Below are positions 13,596-23,188 of a stretch of DNA of 64,000 nucleotides, one piece after another (within the stretch, counting starts at the first letter, position 1; the number at the start of each line of letters is the position of its first letter). Made by a program: the position numbers and the translations under genes. The stretch is taken from assembly GCA_051294375.1 (NCBI GenBank), contig JBJCIZ010000042.1:1-64000 (forward strand), written 5' to 3'. Below the pieces are notes generated by a model that was not told where the DNA came from, made no database searches, and was given only the letters and a program-made list of their open reading frames with translations. Source of the stretch: Paraspadella gotoi. Its lineage: Eukaryota > Animalia > Chaetognatha.

Positions 13596-13997
13596 TCTCA
13601 CGGTCGAATTCGACTTCTCGCGTCGTCAGCAACGATTCACGCTGGATCATTGGTCCATTCGCTTCCCGGGCGGCGACCAATCAGAGCTCACCGACGACGA
13701 AGACCAAACCTCCGACGTCTTCTCGAGAAAAACGCGTCAGGGCGACTTGATTGAGTTTCAGTCGCGGATCCAACGACGCCGCAAGGAGACGGAGCCCGGA
13801 AACGACACCGGGGTCGAACCAGGCGCCGAATCTGCCAAACCCGGCGTCGCCGCTGCCAAATCCGGCTACGCAGCCATCCTTGGAGACGTGGAATCTATTT
13901 TAACGATCGCAATTCTCGTCAAAGATCCCGCGTCGCTGGGATTTGGCAGAAATTTCGGAAGAAGAACTTACTCCTTTCACGGGAAGTTCGGCGTCAG
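13596..13997 (+). CDS. Probable second coding exon of the host gene
   Basis: Polypyrimidine tract + TTTTAG acceptor, open GC-rich frame (SLTVEFDFSRRQ...FHGKFGV), AG|GTAAGG donor; phase 2 at both ends. Confidence 0.65.
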
Positions 13998-14407
13998 GTA
14001 AGGACGGACTTGATCCGCCTGTTGGCGCCTGATTTGAAAAGATTTTGATGACAGTGCGACCGACAAACAACAATGTAAGGGTTAATTTTTCCCTTTCATT
14101 CCTAAATGATAATAACTAATGATACCATGATGGAAAACAAATTGTCGCGGTTACTTTCCAGCTATTTTTTGGGCATTTTAATGTAAGAATCGAAAAATAA
14201 AATATCAAAAAACTTTGGCCTCTTGTAATTCATATGATATATATCTTTTTCTGTACGACAAAAAATACAAGAGTTCCATGCAAAATAAAATGAGTTGTCC
14301 AAAAAAATGCTTTCTTCTTTTTTATCTTTTTCTTATCCACACTTTTCATTTATATTGAAGAGACAGTATTTATTGTTATGAGTTAGATACAGAACTGTTC
14401 AATATAA

Positions 14408-14481
14408 GCAGTCCCTGAGCTTCAGATCAGGTTGTAACACCAAGTTACAGGCAGGTTAAGCGCCCCGTCCCTCTTAACTGC
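14408..14481 (-). ncRNA. Candidate type-P5 twister ribozyme in the TRIM 3' LTR
   Basis: Minus strand: GCAGTT(P5) AAG AGG(P2') GACGG(G-A + T1) GGCGCT(P1) T|AA CCT(P2) GC(T2) C TGTAAC-TTGGT-GTTACA(P3) A CCTGA-TCTGAAGC-TCAGG(P4/L4) GACTGC(P5'); predicted cut between 14458 and 14457; P2 is only 3 bp. Confidence 0.7.
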
Positions 14482-14484
14482 TAG

Positions 14485-14556
14485 GCGGCCATCAGGCTAG
14501 AACCCCGGACTTTTGGGTTGGGAGGCAAATGACTTGCCTCCGGCACCAATGGCCGC
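14485..14556 (-). ncRNA. tRNA-derived (Gly-CCC-like) Pol III head within the LTR; not a functional tRNA
   Basis: 72 nt, perfect 7-bp acceptor GCGGCCA/TGGCCGC, A-box-like TGGTGCCGGAGG, loop CT-CCC-AA, B-box GGTTCTAGCC; anticodon stem degenerate. Confidence 0.65.
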
Positions 14557-14708
14557 TGATGAACGGTTGGTGGATTTTAGTTCACCATACATCCCCCCTC
14601 CCATAGGGAGAAGTCTGTTGTGTCTCTTCAATGAATTGTTGTTGTTGGTGGAAAGTGCGTCACCAAGTTGAGGCATGTCGCCTGATGTGTTGTTGGTGGA
14701 ATGTGCAT

Positions 14709-15329
14709 TAGAGTGGAGCACTCAAGAACAAAAAATTTATTGAATGATCGAACAATGATATTTAGATGTGAGATAGTATGATTAATTAGTACAAAAAATA
14801 TTTTGTTCATATTATCTCGGAACAGAATAGTAAAATATAATATATTTGTAGTAATATCCTTATAAAATAGTAAATTTTAAAAATAATTTTTATAAAACTT
14901 TTAATAAAGATTCAGATTCTCATAAAAAGTTGAATCAAAAATATAAACATGTTATCAAAAATTCTGTCATCTTCAATGTTTTAAAATAAGAAAAAGGTGA
15001 AAATTCCTGACTTTTTATTCTCTGTAGTAGAAACTTATATATGTTAAAACGTTTTAGTCATTTTTTGTGATCTAAACATTAAATATCATATAACATATTT
15101 TATAAAAGTTTCTTAGTTTTTTACAGCGAATCCAAATCAGTTCTTAAAAATAAAAAAAAATTATTTTGAAATTTGACGATTTTATAAGGATATTACTACA
15201 TAAATAATTGAATTTGCTATACTGTTATGCTAAAAACATTTTTAAAAGGATTTAAAATTCATTAATTATATGTCCATAGGCAGTAAAAAATAATGTTCAA
15301 TCACTCAATCTTTTCATCACTCTACCCTA
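14709..15329. mobile_element. MITE (hAT-like) inserted in the TRIM interior
   Basis: 8-bp TSD ATGTGCAT (14701-14708, 15330-15337); termini TAGAGTGGAG / CTCTACCCTA; long internal inverted repeats (TGTAGTAATATCCTTATAAAAT / ATTTTATAAGGATATTACTACA). Confidence 0.8.
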
Positions 15330-15391
15330 ATGTGCATCGCCAGGTTGAGGCATGTCGCCTGAAAGTGTTGTTGTTGCTGTTGTGTTCGGAA

Positions 15392-15404
15392 GTCGGGCTC
15401 ACCA
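15392..15404 (-). promoter_or_regulatory. Primer-binding site of the TRIM (tRNA-Trp type)
   Basis: TGGTGAGCCCGAC 1 nt after the LTR end; one mismatch to the complement of the eukaryotic tRNA-Trp 3' end (TGGTGACCCCGAC). Confidence 0.75.
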
Positions 15405-15457
15405 ATGAAGAGACAGTAATTATTGTTATGAGTTAGAGACAGAACTGTTCAATATAA

Positions 15458-15530
15458 GCAGTCCCTGAGCTTCGGATCAGGATGTAACACCATGTTACAG
15501 GCGGGTTAAGCGCCCTTCCCTCTTAACTGC
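15458..15530 (-). ncRNA. Candidate twister ribozyme in the TRIM 5' LTR
   Basis: Same architecture as 14408-14481; L4 TCCGAAGC, but the T1 partner reads GAAGG (one mismatch) and P2 is CCC/AGG. Confidence 0.6.
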
Positions 15531-15533
15531 TAG

Positions 15534-15605
15534 GCGGCCACCGGGCAAGAACCCCGGAACTTTGGGTTGGGAGGCGAATGACTTGCCTCCGGCACAAATG
15601 GCCGC
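15534..15605 (-). ncRNA. tRNA-derived head in the TRIM 5' LTR
   Basis: 72 nt; GCGGCCA...TGGCCGC acceptor; T-arm-like CCGGG-GTTCTTG-CCCGG. Confidence 0.65.
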
Positions 15606-15634
15606 TGATGAACGGTTGGTGGATTTTAGTCCAC

Positions 15635-15884
15635 TGTGGACGAACATTTAGAATACGCAACCTCGGTCAAACCACATGACCTTACCAACCTTACCTCGCT
15701 CAATTCCCCCAACTTATTTATGGTCAAAACGGTTGATCTTTATGGTCAAACGTTGACCTTTGTAAATACCATTGTAATAGACTTAGTATCTGAGCATTTT
15801 GACTGTTATTGTTATAACCTTGTTGAAGAATAAATCATTCTTGATCTGAAACTTGTATCGTCATACGTGGTGAGCCCGACGTGA
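15635..15884 (+). mobile_element. 5' LTR plus PBS of a second, unrelated LTR element (interior deleted)
   Basis: TGTGGACGA...TCGTCATACG (~233 bp) with AATAAA near 15828, immediately followed by TGGTGAGCCCGACGTGA (16/17 match to a tRNA-Trp PBS). Confidence 0.7.
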
Positions 15885-16776
15885 AAAATATAAAAAAGAA
15901 AAAAAACGAAACCAAAAAAAAAAAAAGAAACAAAAAAAAACACAAACAAAAAAAAAAGAACAAAAAAAAAAAAAAAAAAAAAAAGGAAAACTACTTCTCA
16001 ACAAAAACGAAACAAACTCCGCGCGTTTATTAGCCGAACTATTTTTTTAAATCAAACCATTTTTTTTAAAATTAATTTTTAGTCGGATCTGCTTATCAGC
16101 AGATCCGACTTCTATAACTCACTTTGTTCGGTCCGTCGGTCCCCCCTCAATATTGTCGGGCACACACTTATATCATGTCAGAACATCGAATTATGATAAA
16201 TTATGCAAAAAAAATGATGTCCGTCCGTCGTCGTCTGTCGTCTGTCTGTCGTCGCGTCGTCTGTCGCGTCGTCGCGTCGCGTCCGTCCGCCCGTCTCCGT
16301 CCCTCCCACCTTAGCAAAAACACCAATTACTCGTGATTGGATGGATGGATTTAAATGAAATTTTGTGTGGGATAGGTAAGTGTGTGATTGAGCTGGATAT
16401 TAAGTTTCGATGGAATCGTCCGAGTGGAAATGAGTTTAAATGGAAAAAACAAAAAAAATATATTCACTATTTGAACACCAATTGCTCATGAGTGGAGGGC
16501 TGATTGACCTGGAATTTTTATGTGGGTAGGAAAGTGTGTGATTGAACAGGAAATCAAGTTTCGATGGAATAGTTTGAGTGGAAATGAGTTTAAATGGAAA
16601 AAAACAAAAAACCTGTTTTACTAATTGATTATGCTTCTTTTTCCTTTTATATTAAATGTATATGCGGGATGTATTAATAAATCAAATAATTAATCAGTTA
16701 ATTAATCAATTAGTAATAAATTAATCAATTAATTAAAAAACGAAATTTCGTGGAACAACAATAAAGTTTTTTATTA

Positions 16777-16826
16777 ACTTTGGACATGTTTCGGCTCACA
16801 ACTCAAGCCTTCATCAGCATCTGAAA
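16777..16826 (-). ncRNA. Minimal type I hammerhead ribozyme in the Penelope pLTR
   Basis: Minus strand CTGATGA-A-GGCTT..GAGCC-GAAA-CATG-TC; palindromic helix III ACATGT, as in PLE hammerheads. Confidence 0.85.
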
Positions 16827-16850
16827 TCACAAATAATTTATTTCACAAAC

Positions 16851-16909
<59 letters not shown>

Positions 16910-17353
16910 TCCAACAAAGAATTTAGTAAAGGAAAGTGGTCAGATGCGAGGACAGGTGAAGATGAGGACAGGGATGAAAAGGAGAGTGAATGTGAAATTG
17001 GTGAAAAGGGAGAGAGAGAGGGAGAGAGAGACACAGAGAGAGAGAAATAATAGTATACATTAGGCAATGTACAACAAAGGTAAATAGTATTATAAACTAG
17101 ACATAACAAAGATTGAAATAAATTAAATTAGGCTGTTTGTGCATTTTTGAAATAGTGGAATATTGAAATATTGAAAATGAAATGGAAAAGGATAGTTTGT
17201 GAGGGATAGTTAAGATAAAGAGGTAAGAGAAAAATAAGTAAAGAAAGAGCTCAAAGTGAGCTGGTCCCCCCCCAGCCGGGCAAATGAGGGATATTACTGA
17301 TGAATTTTCGGTTCATAGGCCTGTCATAGGTTTGAGAGAGTATTGTGGTGGAG

Positions 17354-18966
17354 TTAGTTAGGCTGGGATCTGGTAATGACCCACCTGGAAAAATGCCCAG
17401 TGCCACTCGAATGTCTCTCTGACCTGATAAGCCTGCCGAATGCCCTCCTCACCTGACGGTGAGGCGGGCGATTGCCTGTTCTGGCCTGTTTTGGTACAGG
17501 AGATACAGACTCCTCCCCCTCCTCCTGCAGCCGTCGTTTTGGGCGACGCTCGGTACGAGGAGAGTCGTGCCAAGTTGCTGCAGGCTTGGGTGAGGCATCA
17601 GGTATCCATTGCCTGCTGAGAGGTCTCCGCCTGACCCGTTGAGTGGGGACAGGGGAGTCACCGTGCGGCTGAGGTGGCGTTGGGTGCTCCACCACAGTTT
17701 TGATAAGCGAATCATAAGCTTGGGGGAGGTCGAATCGTCCTCCATCACGATTCAAAGAGGGCTCGAGGGCTTTGATGTAAATTGCCTCTCTAATACCTCT
17801 TGAGAACCAATTTTGGTCATGGGACAGCACGAGACAGTCTTCCTCTCTAAACAGATGACCATAGTTTCTGCATGCTCAGCAACTGCCGAAAGGTAATGCC
17901 CTCTTGCATCTTTGTAGGGCTTTGTGTGTTGTTGGAATCGATCTGATAAAGATTTGCCTGTCTCACCCACGTATGCTGCTGAGCAGGGTTGGTTGCCCGC
18001 CCTGCACAGGCCGCCCAATAGACGGCTCCTGATGTTTTTGGTCTGGGGATTTTGTCTTTTCGGTTTCACCAAATGCTCACATAAAGAGCCGCGGGTCGTC
18101 ACTGAAGTGGAGATCCCCTGCTTTGCTTGCACCCGCACCAATGCTTCAGTGATCCCCTGGTGGTAGGGGAGGGACAGGTGACCCACGTTCTTGAGGCGCT
18201 TCTGCTTATCTCCCATTTGCGCTGTGGTGGGCGCGGTCGGTCCTTCAGCAGCAAGGCCTCGTTCTTCCTCCTGGGGGTGGAGGTTGAACTTGCGTCAGCA
18301 GTTACTTGGACAGCCCCTTGGTGGCCACTGTCCTCAGCCAGGTTCTGCCGGAAACCTTGCCTTCTCATAAGCCCACAGAGGGTAACCATTGAGCGCCAGG
18401 GCTCTTTTGACATGCTCAAGCTCGGCGGCCTGAAGCTCGGGGGTCGACGGAATCAGCTGGGCTCTTCTGGTAAGGGCTCTGACCGTGGCGAGCTTGTGCG
18501 ACAAGGGGGCATGAGAATCGAAGGAATATATTGGTCAGTATGGGTGGTTTGCGGTATACTGAAAATTCCAATGAGCCGCCCCTTTGGCTTTACCAGCACA
18601 TCGAGCATTGGAATTTGACCATTCACCCCTTTTCACATGTCCAATTTGATGCTAGCTTCAATGCTGTTCAAATGGGTCAAAAGGCTCTCAATGAGATCCT
18701 TGCGCACGGCAAGAATGGTATCGTCTGCTTTCCGATACCAGAAGAGGACTGACTCTGCCCATGCAGAGATCGAAAAGAGTCCAAAGCTTCCACCTCATAG
18801 TCCTCCATATAGAAAGTCTGCCAGAGGACTTGAAGGTTGATTTGCCCATCCCTAAGCCACCAGGCTGGGCATAGTACCGTCCATCGAACCTGAAGTACGC
18901 CAGTTCCAGGTCCAGCCGCAGCAATGCCATGATATCATCCAATTGTATTGGCGTACGCTCATGCAA
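17354..18966 (-). pseudogene. Penelope reverse transcriptase and GIY-YIG endonuclease, frameshifted
   Basis: LELAYFRFDGRYYAQPGGLGMG; WYRKADDTI; AYVGETGKSLSDRFQQH; SAVAEHA; RGIREAIYIKALEPSLNRDGG. Confidence 0.9.
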
Positions 18967-19107
18967 TGTCCGGTTCTCTCTCTCTGTGTCTCTCTTCCCT
19001 CTCTCATCTCCCTTTTCACCAATTTCACATTCACTCTCCTTTTCATCCCTGTCCTCATCTTCACCTGTCCTCGCATCTGACCACTTTCCTTACTAAATTC
19101 TTTGTTG

Positions 19108-19155
<48 letters not shown>

Positions 19156-19183
19156 CAATGTTTGTGAAATAAATTATTTGTGA

Positions 19184-19234
19184 TTTCAGATGCTGATGAA
19201 GGCTTGAGTTGTGAGCCGAAGACATGTCCAAAGT
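19184..19234 (+). ncRNA. Second hammerhead copy in the inverted pLTR (GAAA disrupted to GAAGA)
   Basis: CTGATGAAGGCTTGAGTTGTGAGCCGAAGACATGTC. Confidence 0.65.
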
Positions 19235-19852
19235 TAATAAAAAACTTTATGTTTGTTCCACGAAAATTTTCGTTTTTAATTAATCTCAACAAACAACAAA
19301 AGAAAGATTAATACAATAAATTAATCAATAATTAATTAATTAGTCAATCAATCCGTCCATCCGTCCCATCTTAGCAAAAAGCTCCAATAACTCGTGATTG
19401 GCTGGTTGGATTGGAATTAAATTTTGTGTGTGGTAGGAAAGTGTGTGATAAAGCTGGATATAAATTTCGATGGAATCGTGTGAGTGGAAATTAGTTTTAA
19501 ATGGAAAAAACATAAGTCGAATTTACTAAAATCTTTTTACTTATTTTAACCAATAAATACTCAATTAATCATAATTGGATGGATAGATTGAGTTGAAATT
19601 TTGTGTTGTGGGTAGGAAAAGTTGACGAAGCTTGATATAAAGTTTCGGTGGAAAGTACCAGTGGAAATGAGTTTAAATGAAAAAAATATGAGTCACATTT
19701 ACTTGAATCTTTTTATTTATTTTAACCCATGATAGATTGAGATGAAATTTTGTGAGCCTGAGCCGTAGGAAAGTGAGTGAAGAAGCAGATATAAAGTTTT
19801 GACGGAATGCAAGTTGAAAAAATATGCAAGTTGAAAAAATGATGCAAGTAAA

Positions 19853-20282
19853 AAATCTTAAAAGCATAAGGATCGTCGCTATTGCATAAAAAGAGAGAGA
19901 GAGAGAGAGAAAAGAGAGAGAGAGAAAGAGAGAGAGGAGAGAGAGAGAGAGAGTGAGAGAGAGAGAGAGAAGGAGACATAAAATAAAAAAAATCTTAAAA
20001 GACTCAAGATCAAGCCAGAGCCCACTATCAAAGAAAATTAATGAAAAAACCCGGGAAAAAAACGAATGAATCATGCGATAACGAATTATTGATGTAATAG
20101 TAATTGATTGAGGTAATACTAATTGATTGATGTATTATGAGATTTATTATTGATTCGATGATAATCAATTATTGATGCGATGATAGTCATTCACTGCTGT
20201 GATGATAGTCATTCACTGATGCGATGATTGTCATTCATTGATGCGATGATAGTCAATAAAACAAACAAATGCGTGTATGAGT

Positions 20283-20326
<44 letters not shown>

Positions 20327-20330
20327 GAGA

Positions 20331-20380
<50 letters not shown>

Positions 20381-20838
20381 AAGTGAGAAAGTGAGAAAGT
20401 GAGAGAGAGAGAGAAAGAAAGAGAATAAATCCACGAAAATCTCGGATGAAAATATGGGATTTTGTATTGAAAAAAAGCGCGGAATAAATGGTAATAATAA
20501 AAAGTTTTTAGAAGGAAAAAAATAATCAGAATTTTTCAAAAAACAAACGATCACGCAAGAGATCGGACAGAGAGGGACAGACACACACAGAGAGAAAAAG
20601 AGAGAGAGAGACAGCCGCTGCAGAGAAAAAGAGAGAGAGAAAGAGCGATATATAATAATTAAAAGAGAGAGAGAGAGAGAAGCTCTACAGCCCTTTTACT
20701 CGTTAAAGAATCAGCAGTACCTATGGCGCCGGACATAGCGTAAGCTCTTCTCTACCCAAAGGACCCGGGTGAACCCTGTTTGCGGCATTGTTTTTTACAT
20801 TAGTGAGCCCACATTACATCTAAAATTTTTTTTGTAAA

Positions 20839-20895
<57 letters not shown>

Positions 20896-21217
20896 AAGAA
20901 GCTGGACAGACACTGCAGAGCCGGAACTCGTTTTTAGACAAATCAGAAGAAGCAGTGACGGAGAAAAAGAGAGAGAGAGAGAGCGACATTTATTTAAAAT
21001 AAAGAGAGAGAGAGAGCGACATATAATTAAAACGTTTTTTGTTTTGTTAAATAAAAACATAAACAAATAAAAGATCTTGATCTTAGAAGCCATATATGAA
21101 ATTTCAACTCCCTATGATATCACACTTTCAGAAGCCATGATTGCAAAAAAGCGTGACCGAAAGCTAAACCGAATCAAAATCTAGCCAGGACGGGCTTTGC
21201 CCGCCTTGCTCGATAAT
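19853..21217 (-). mobile_element. HINE-like family B copy
   Basis: Reverse-complement 3' motif AAAATCTTAAAAGCATAAGGATC at ~19853, hairpin CGGGCTTTGCCCG at ~21191, internal modules shared with 9500-12150. Confidence 0.5.
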
Positions 21218-21637
21218 AGAGGATATTGTTTGTTTTGATAAAATGTAAACAAAACATTTAATAACTGTCCTGACTCAATTTTAAGGACATCGATGATGAC
21301 AAGCTGAATATAAATTATAATTAATTATTAAAATTAATTAATTAATTAATCTATTAATTAATTAATTAATCTATTAATTAATTAAATTATCGTAGGCAGA
21401 TCCGACATTGTTTTGCTCAAACTTGTTTAATTTAAATCGACTCAAAAAGAAAACTTTTACGCGTTTTTTTGCTAAATTCTTTTTTTTTCTCTCAAATTTT
21501 TTCGATTCAAATCGTTTTTTGCCAATACAACTCTTCAAAACAAATATTTTTTAAATTGAATATTTTTTAAAAGCGAATCATATCTTTCTTTTTCAAGGCA
21601 AATAATTTTTTCAAAGTGAATAATATTTTTTTTCTTA

Positions 21638-22197
21638 ATGCCGCGTTCTCATCACCCAAGCGTCACACGCCCTCCAACGCCCGCCGACGAAGAAGAAACG
21701 ACGATGCCGGTGACCACGCGCAACGCCTTCCAATCCGACAGCGCCGGCCGCGACGAAGCATTCCACGACGCAGCCGCCTCGACGTCCGCGACGCCTCTCG
21801 AATCACAAATTGAGAGACTTTTCCAAATGGTCTTCGAGATCAACAGCTAACTCGCCGCGGTCACGGAAAAGCCCAACCTCCCTTTAGCGGATGCAAGCAC
21901 CGCTTCAACGGAGTTGCCTCCATCGGTGGAAGACGGCGCCAGCGACGCCACCCCCACAGGCAACCCGACCCTCTCACGCCCAAGCTGACGACCTTCGACC
22001 CAGACCACATCGAGGAGTGGCTAGACCACGCCGCTGTGGAATTCGGCGCCAGTGGCGTCACCGAGCCAGCGGAGAAGAAGGCGCTCATCCTCAGCGCCAT
22101 CCCCATCTCCCGCCACCAGCTAATCCCACATGGTCTCCGCATTGACGAAGGCCCCGAAGCTTACAAAAATTTGATTCTCCACTTGCAGAAATTCTAG
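21638..22197 (+). pseudogene. gag: Truncated gag N-terminus of another Ty3/gypsy family
   Basis: GC-rich frameshifted ORF containing PKLTTFDPDHIEEWLDHAAVEFGASGVTEPAEKKALILSAI, a typical retrotransposon gag N-terminal pattern. Confidence 0.55.
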
Positions 22198-22710
22198 AAG
22201 ATAAACAATAATAATACGGTGTCAAATTCCAGGCAGAGTGAATCAATACAATTTTGTTCCCAATTTATACAGTTCCATCGGATCGGAGGTAAGGGTAAAA
22301 ATTCCTCGGCGGAAGGAAGCCCATCTGGTCATTGGCTGGTGCCATTTGTCTCCTGGCCAATGAAAGGGTTCCATTCTACTTCCTTCGAATCTTTTACTCG
22401 CGTCGCCGATCCGGTTTCTTGAGTTTGATTCCTCTGCAATGGTTATAAGGCTCCGAGTAACCTTTCTGTGAGCAAAGTTATCATTTTTATTTACGTCTGG
22501 AATTAACAAAGTAACGAAGTAACAAACAAGTCCAAAAAAAAAACAAAGATTTTGTTGAAGGGAAAGACAATGCATCATCACATTATGCAGCAACAACTCA
22601 AGCCTGGTTTATTTTATAGGGGATCAATCCTTTTCACTGCTTGCCAAAGACCTTTTTTTTCCCAAAATCTGATAAGAAATATTATGTCAGAGATATAATA
22701 TTAATAATAA

Positions 22711-23102
22711 TATTATAGGATATCTAACAATTCCAAAAGATGGAATAAAATGGAATCGCATGGAACCATTTGTTCACAGAGGAATGAAACCCGGAAACAG
22801 AGGAAAGGATTAAGGAAGAGGATTCCGGAAGAGGAAGAAGATTCTGGAATAACTTTGAATGGGATTTTGGAAGCCAAATCCAGAAAAGGAACAATAGTTT
22901 CCGGAAGAGGAAAAGAAGGTTCCAGAAGAGGAAGAGGAGGATTCCGGAAGAGGAATCTGGCTTCGTCTACTTGCCCATTATAAATAGCCTCTGTTTCTGC
23001 TTTGATTCACTGTCTGAAAATTGACACTGTCTTCTGTCTATTTTCCTGAGAATAAATTCCACTTTGGTTTCATGCTGAAATCCCTGTCTATTTACTTAAA
23101 TG
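22711..23102 (+). repeat. 5' LTR
   Basis: Near-identical to 30321-30713; TATAAATA 22979-22986; AATAAA 23051-23056. Confidence 0.95.
22836..22928 (+). promoter_or_regulatory. Heat-shock-element cluster in LTR U3
   Basis: Perfect nGAAnnTTCnnGAAn at 22836-22850 (aGAAgaTTCtgGAAt) and 22914-22928 (aGAAggTTCcaGAAg), plus several TTCCGGAA, upstream of the TATA box. Confidence 0.55.
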
Positions 23103-23117
23103 TGGTGACAGGAGTGG
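23103..23117 (+). promoter_or_regulatory. Primer-binding site (tRNA-Leu type)
   Basis: TGGTGACAGGAGTGG directly after the LTR; one mismatch to the complement of the tRNA-Leu 3' end (TGGTGTCAGGAGTGG). Confidence 0.75.
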
Positions 23118-23188
23118 ACTCGACATCCCACATCTCCAAAAAGAAGAGTCAAGCCTTATCCACTACGACCACGCCGCCCCTCAAGAAA

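Larger units (their letters stand above)
14356..15634 (-). mobile_element. TRIM (non-autonomous LTR retroelement, ~660 bp without nested MITE) with tRNA-like head and twister-like ribozyme in each LTR
   Basis: Direct repeats 15406-15634 and 14356-14591 (minus strand TGTATGG...TCTTCA); PBS 15392-15404; PPT GGGAGGGGGGA 14592-14602; ~185-bp non-coding interior. Confidence 0.85.
16729..19283 (-). mobile_element. 5'-truncated Penelope-like element with inverted pseudo-LTRs
   Basis: ~315-bp inverted repeats 16729-17046 and 18974-19283 flank RT plus GIY-YIG remnants; each repeat holds a hammerhead core. Confidence 0.9.
16078..21428 (+). mobile_element. HINE-like family A copy interrupted by Penelope and a family B copy
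   Basis: TTTTAGTCGGATCTGC-TTATCA-GCAGATCCGAC hairpin at 16078, (GTCY)n microsatellite, ~120-bp internal repeats, 3' GCAGATCCGACATTGTTTTGCTCAAACTTGTT at ~21396. Confidence 0.65.

Noticed and set aside
14485-14556. Functional tRNA-Gly gene
   Set aside because: Anticodon stem does not pair, T-loop register is off, and it is embedded in a repeated LTR
14556-14590. CTGATGA in the TRIM LTR (plus strand) as a hammerhead core
   Set aside because: No stem II followed by GAAA, no helix III, and it is antisense to the PBS/PPT orientation
14356-14630. MITE defined by TGAAGAGACA...TGTCTCTTCA inverted repeats
   Set aside because: PPT, PBS and the second direct repeat show the unit is an LTR ending at 14591; no convincing TSD
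22750-22983. 77-aa ORF repeated at 30361-30594
   Set aside because: Lies in LTR U3 upstream of the TATA box; purine-rich repeats lack stops by chance
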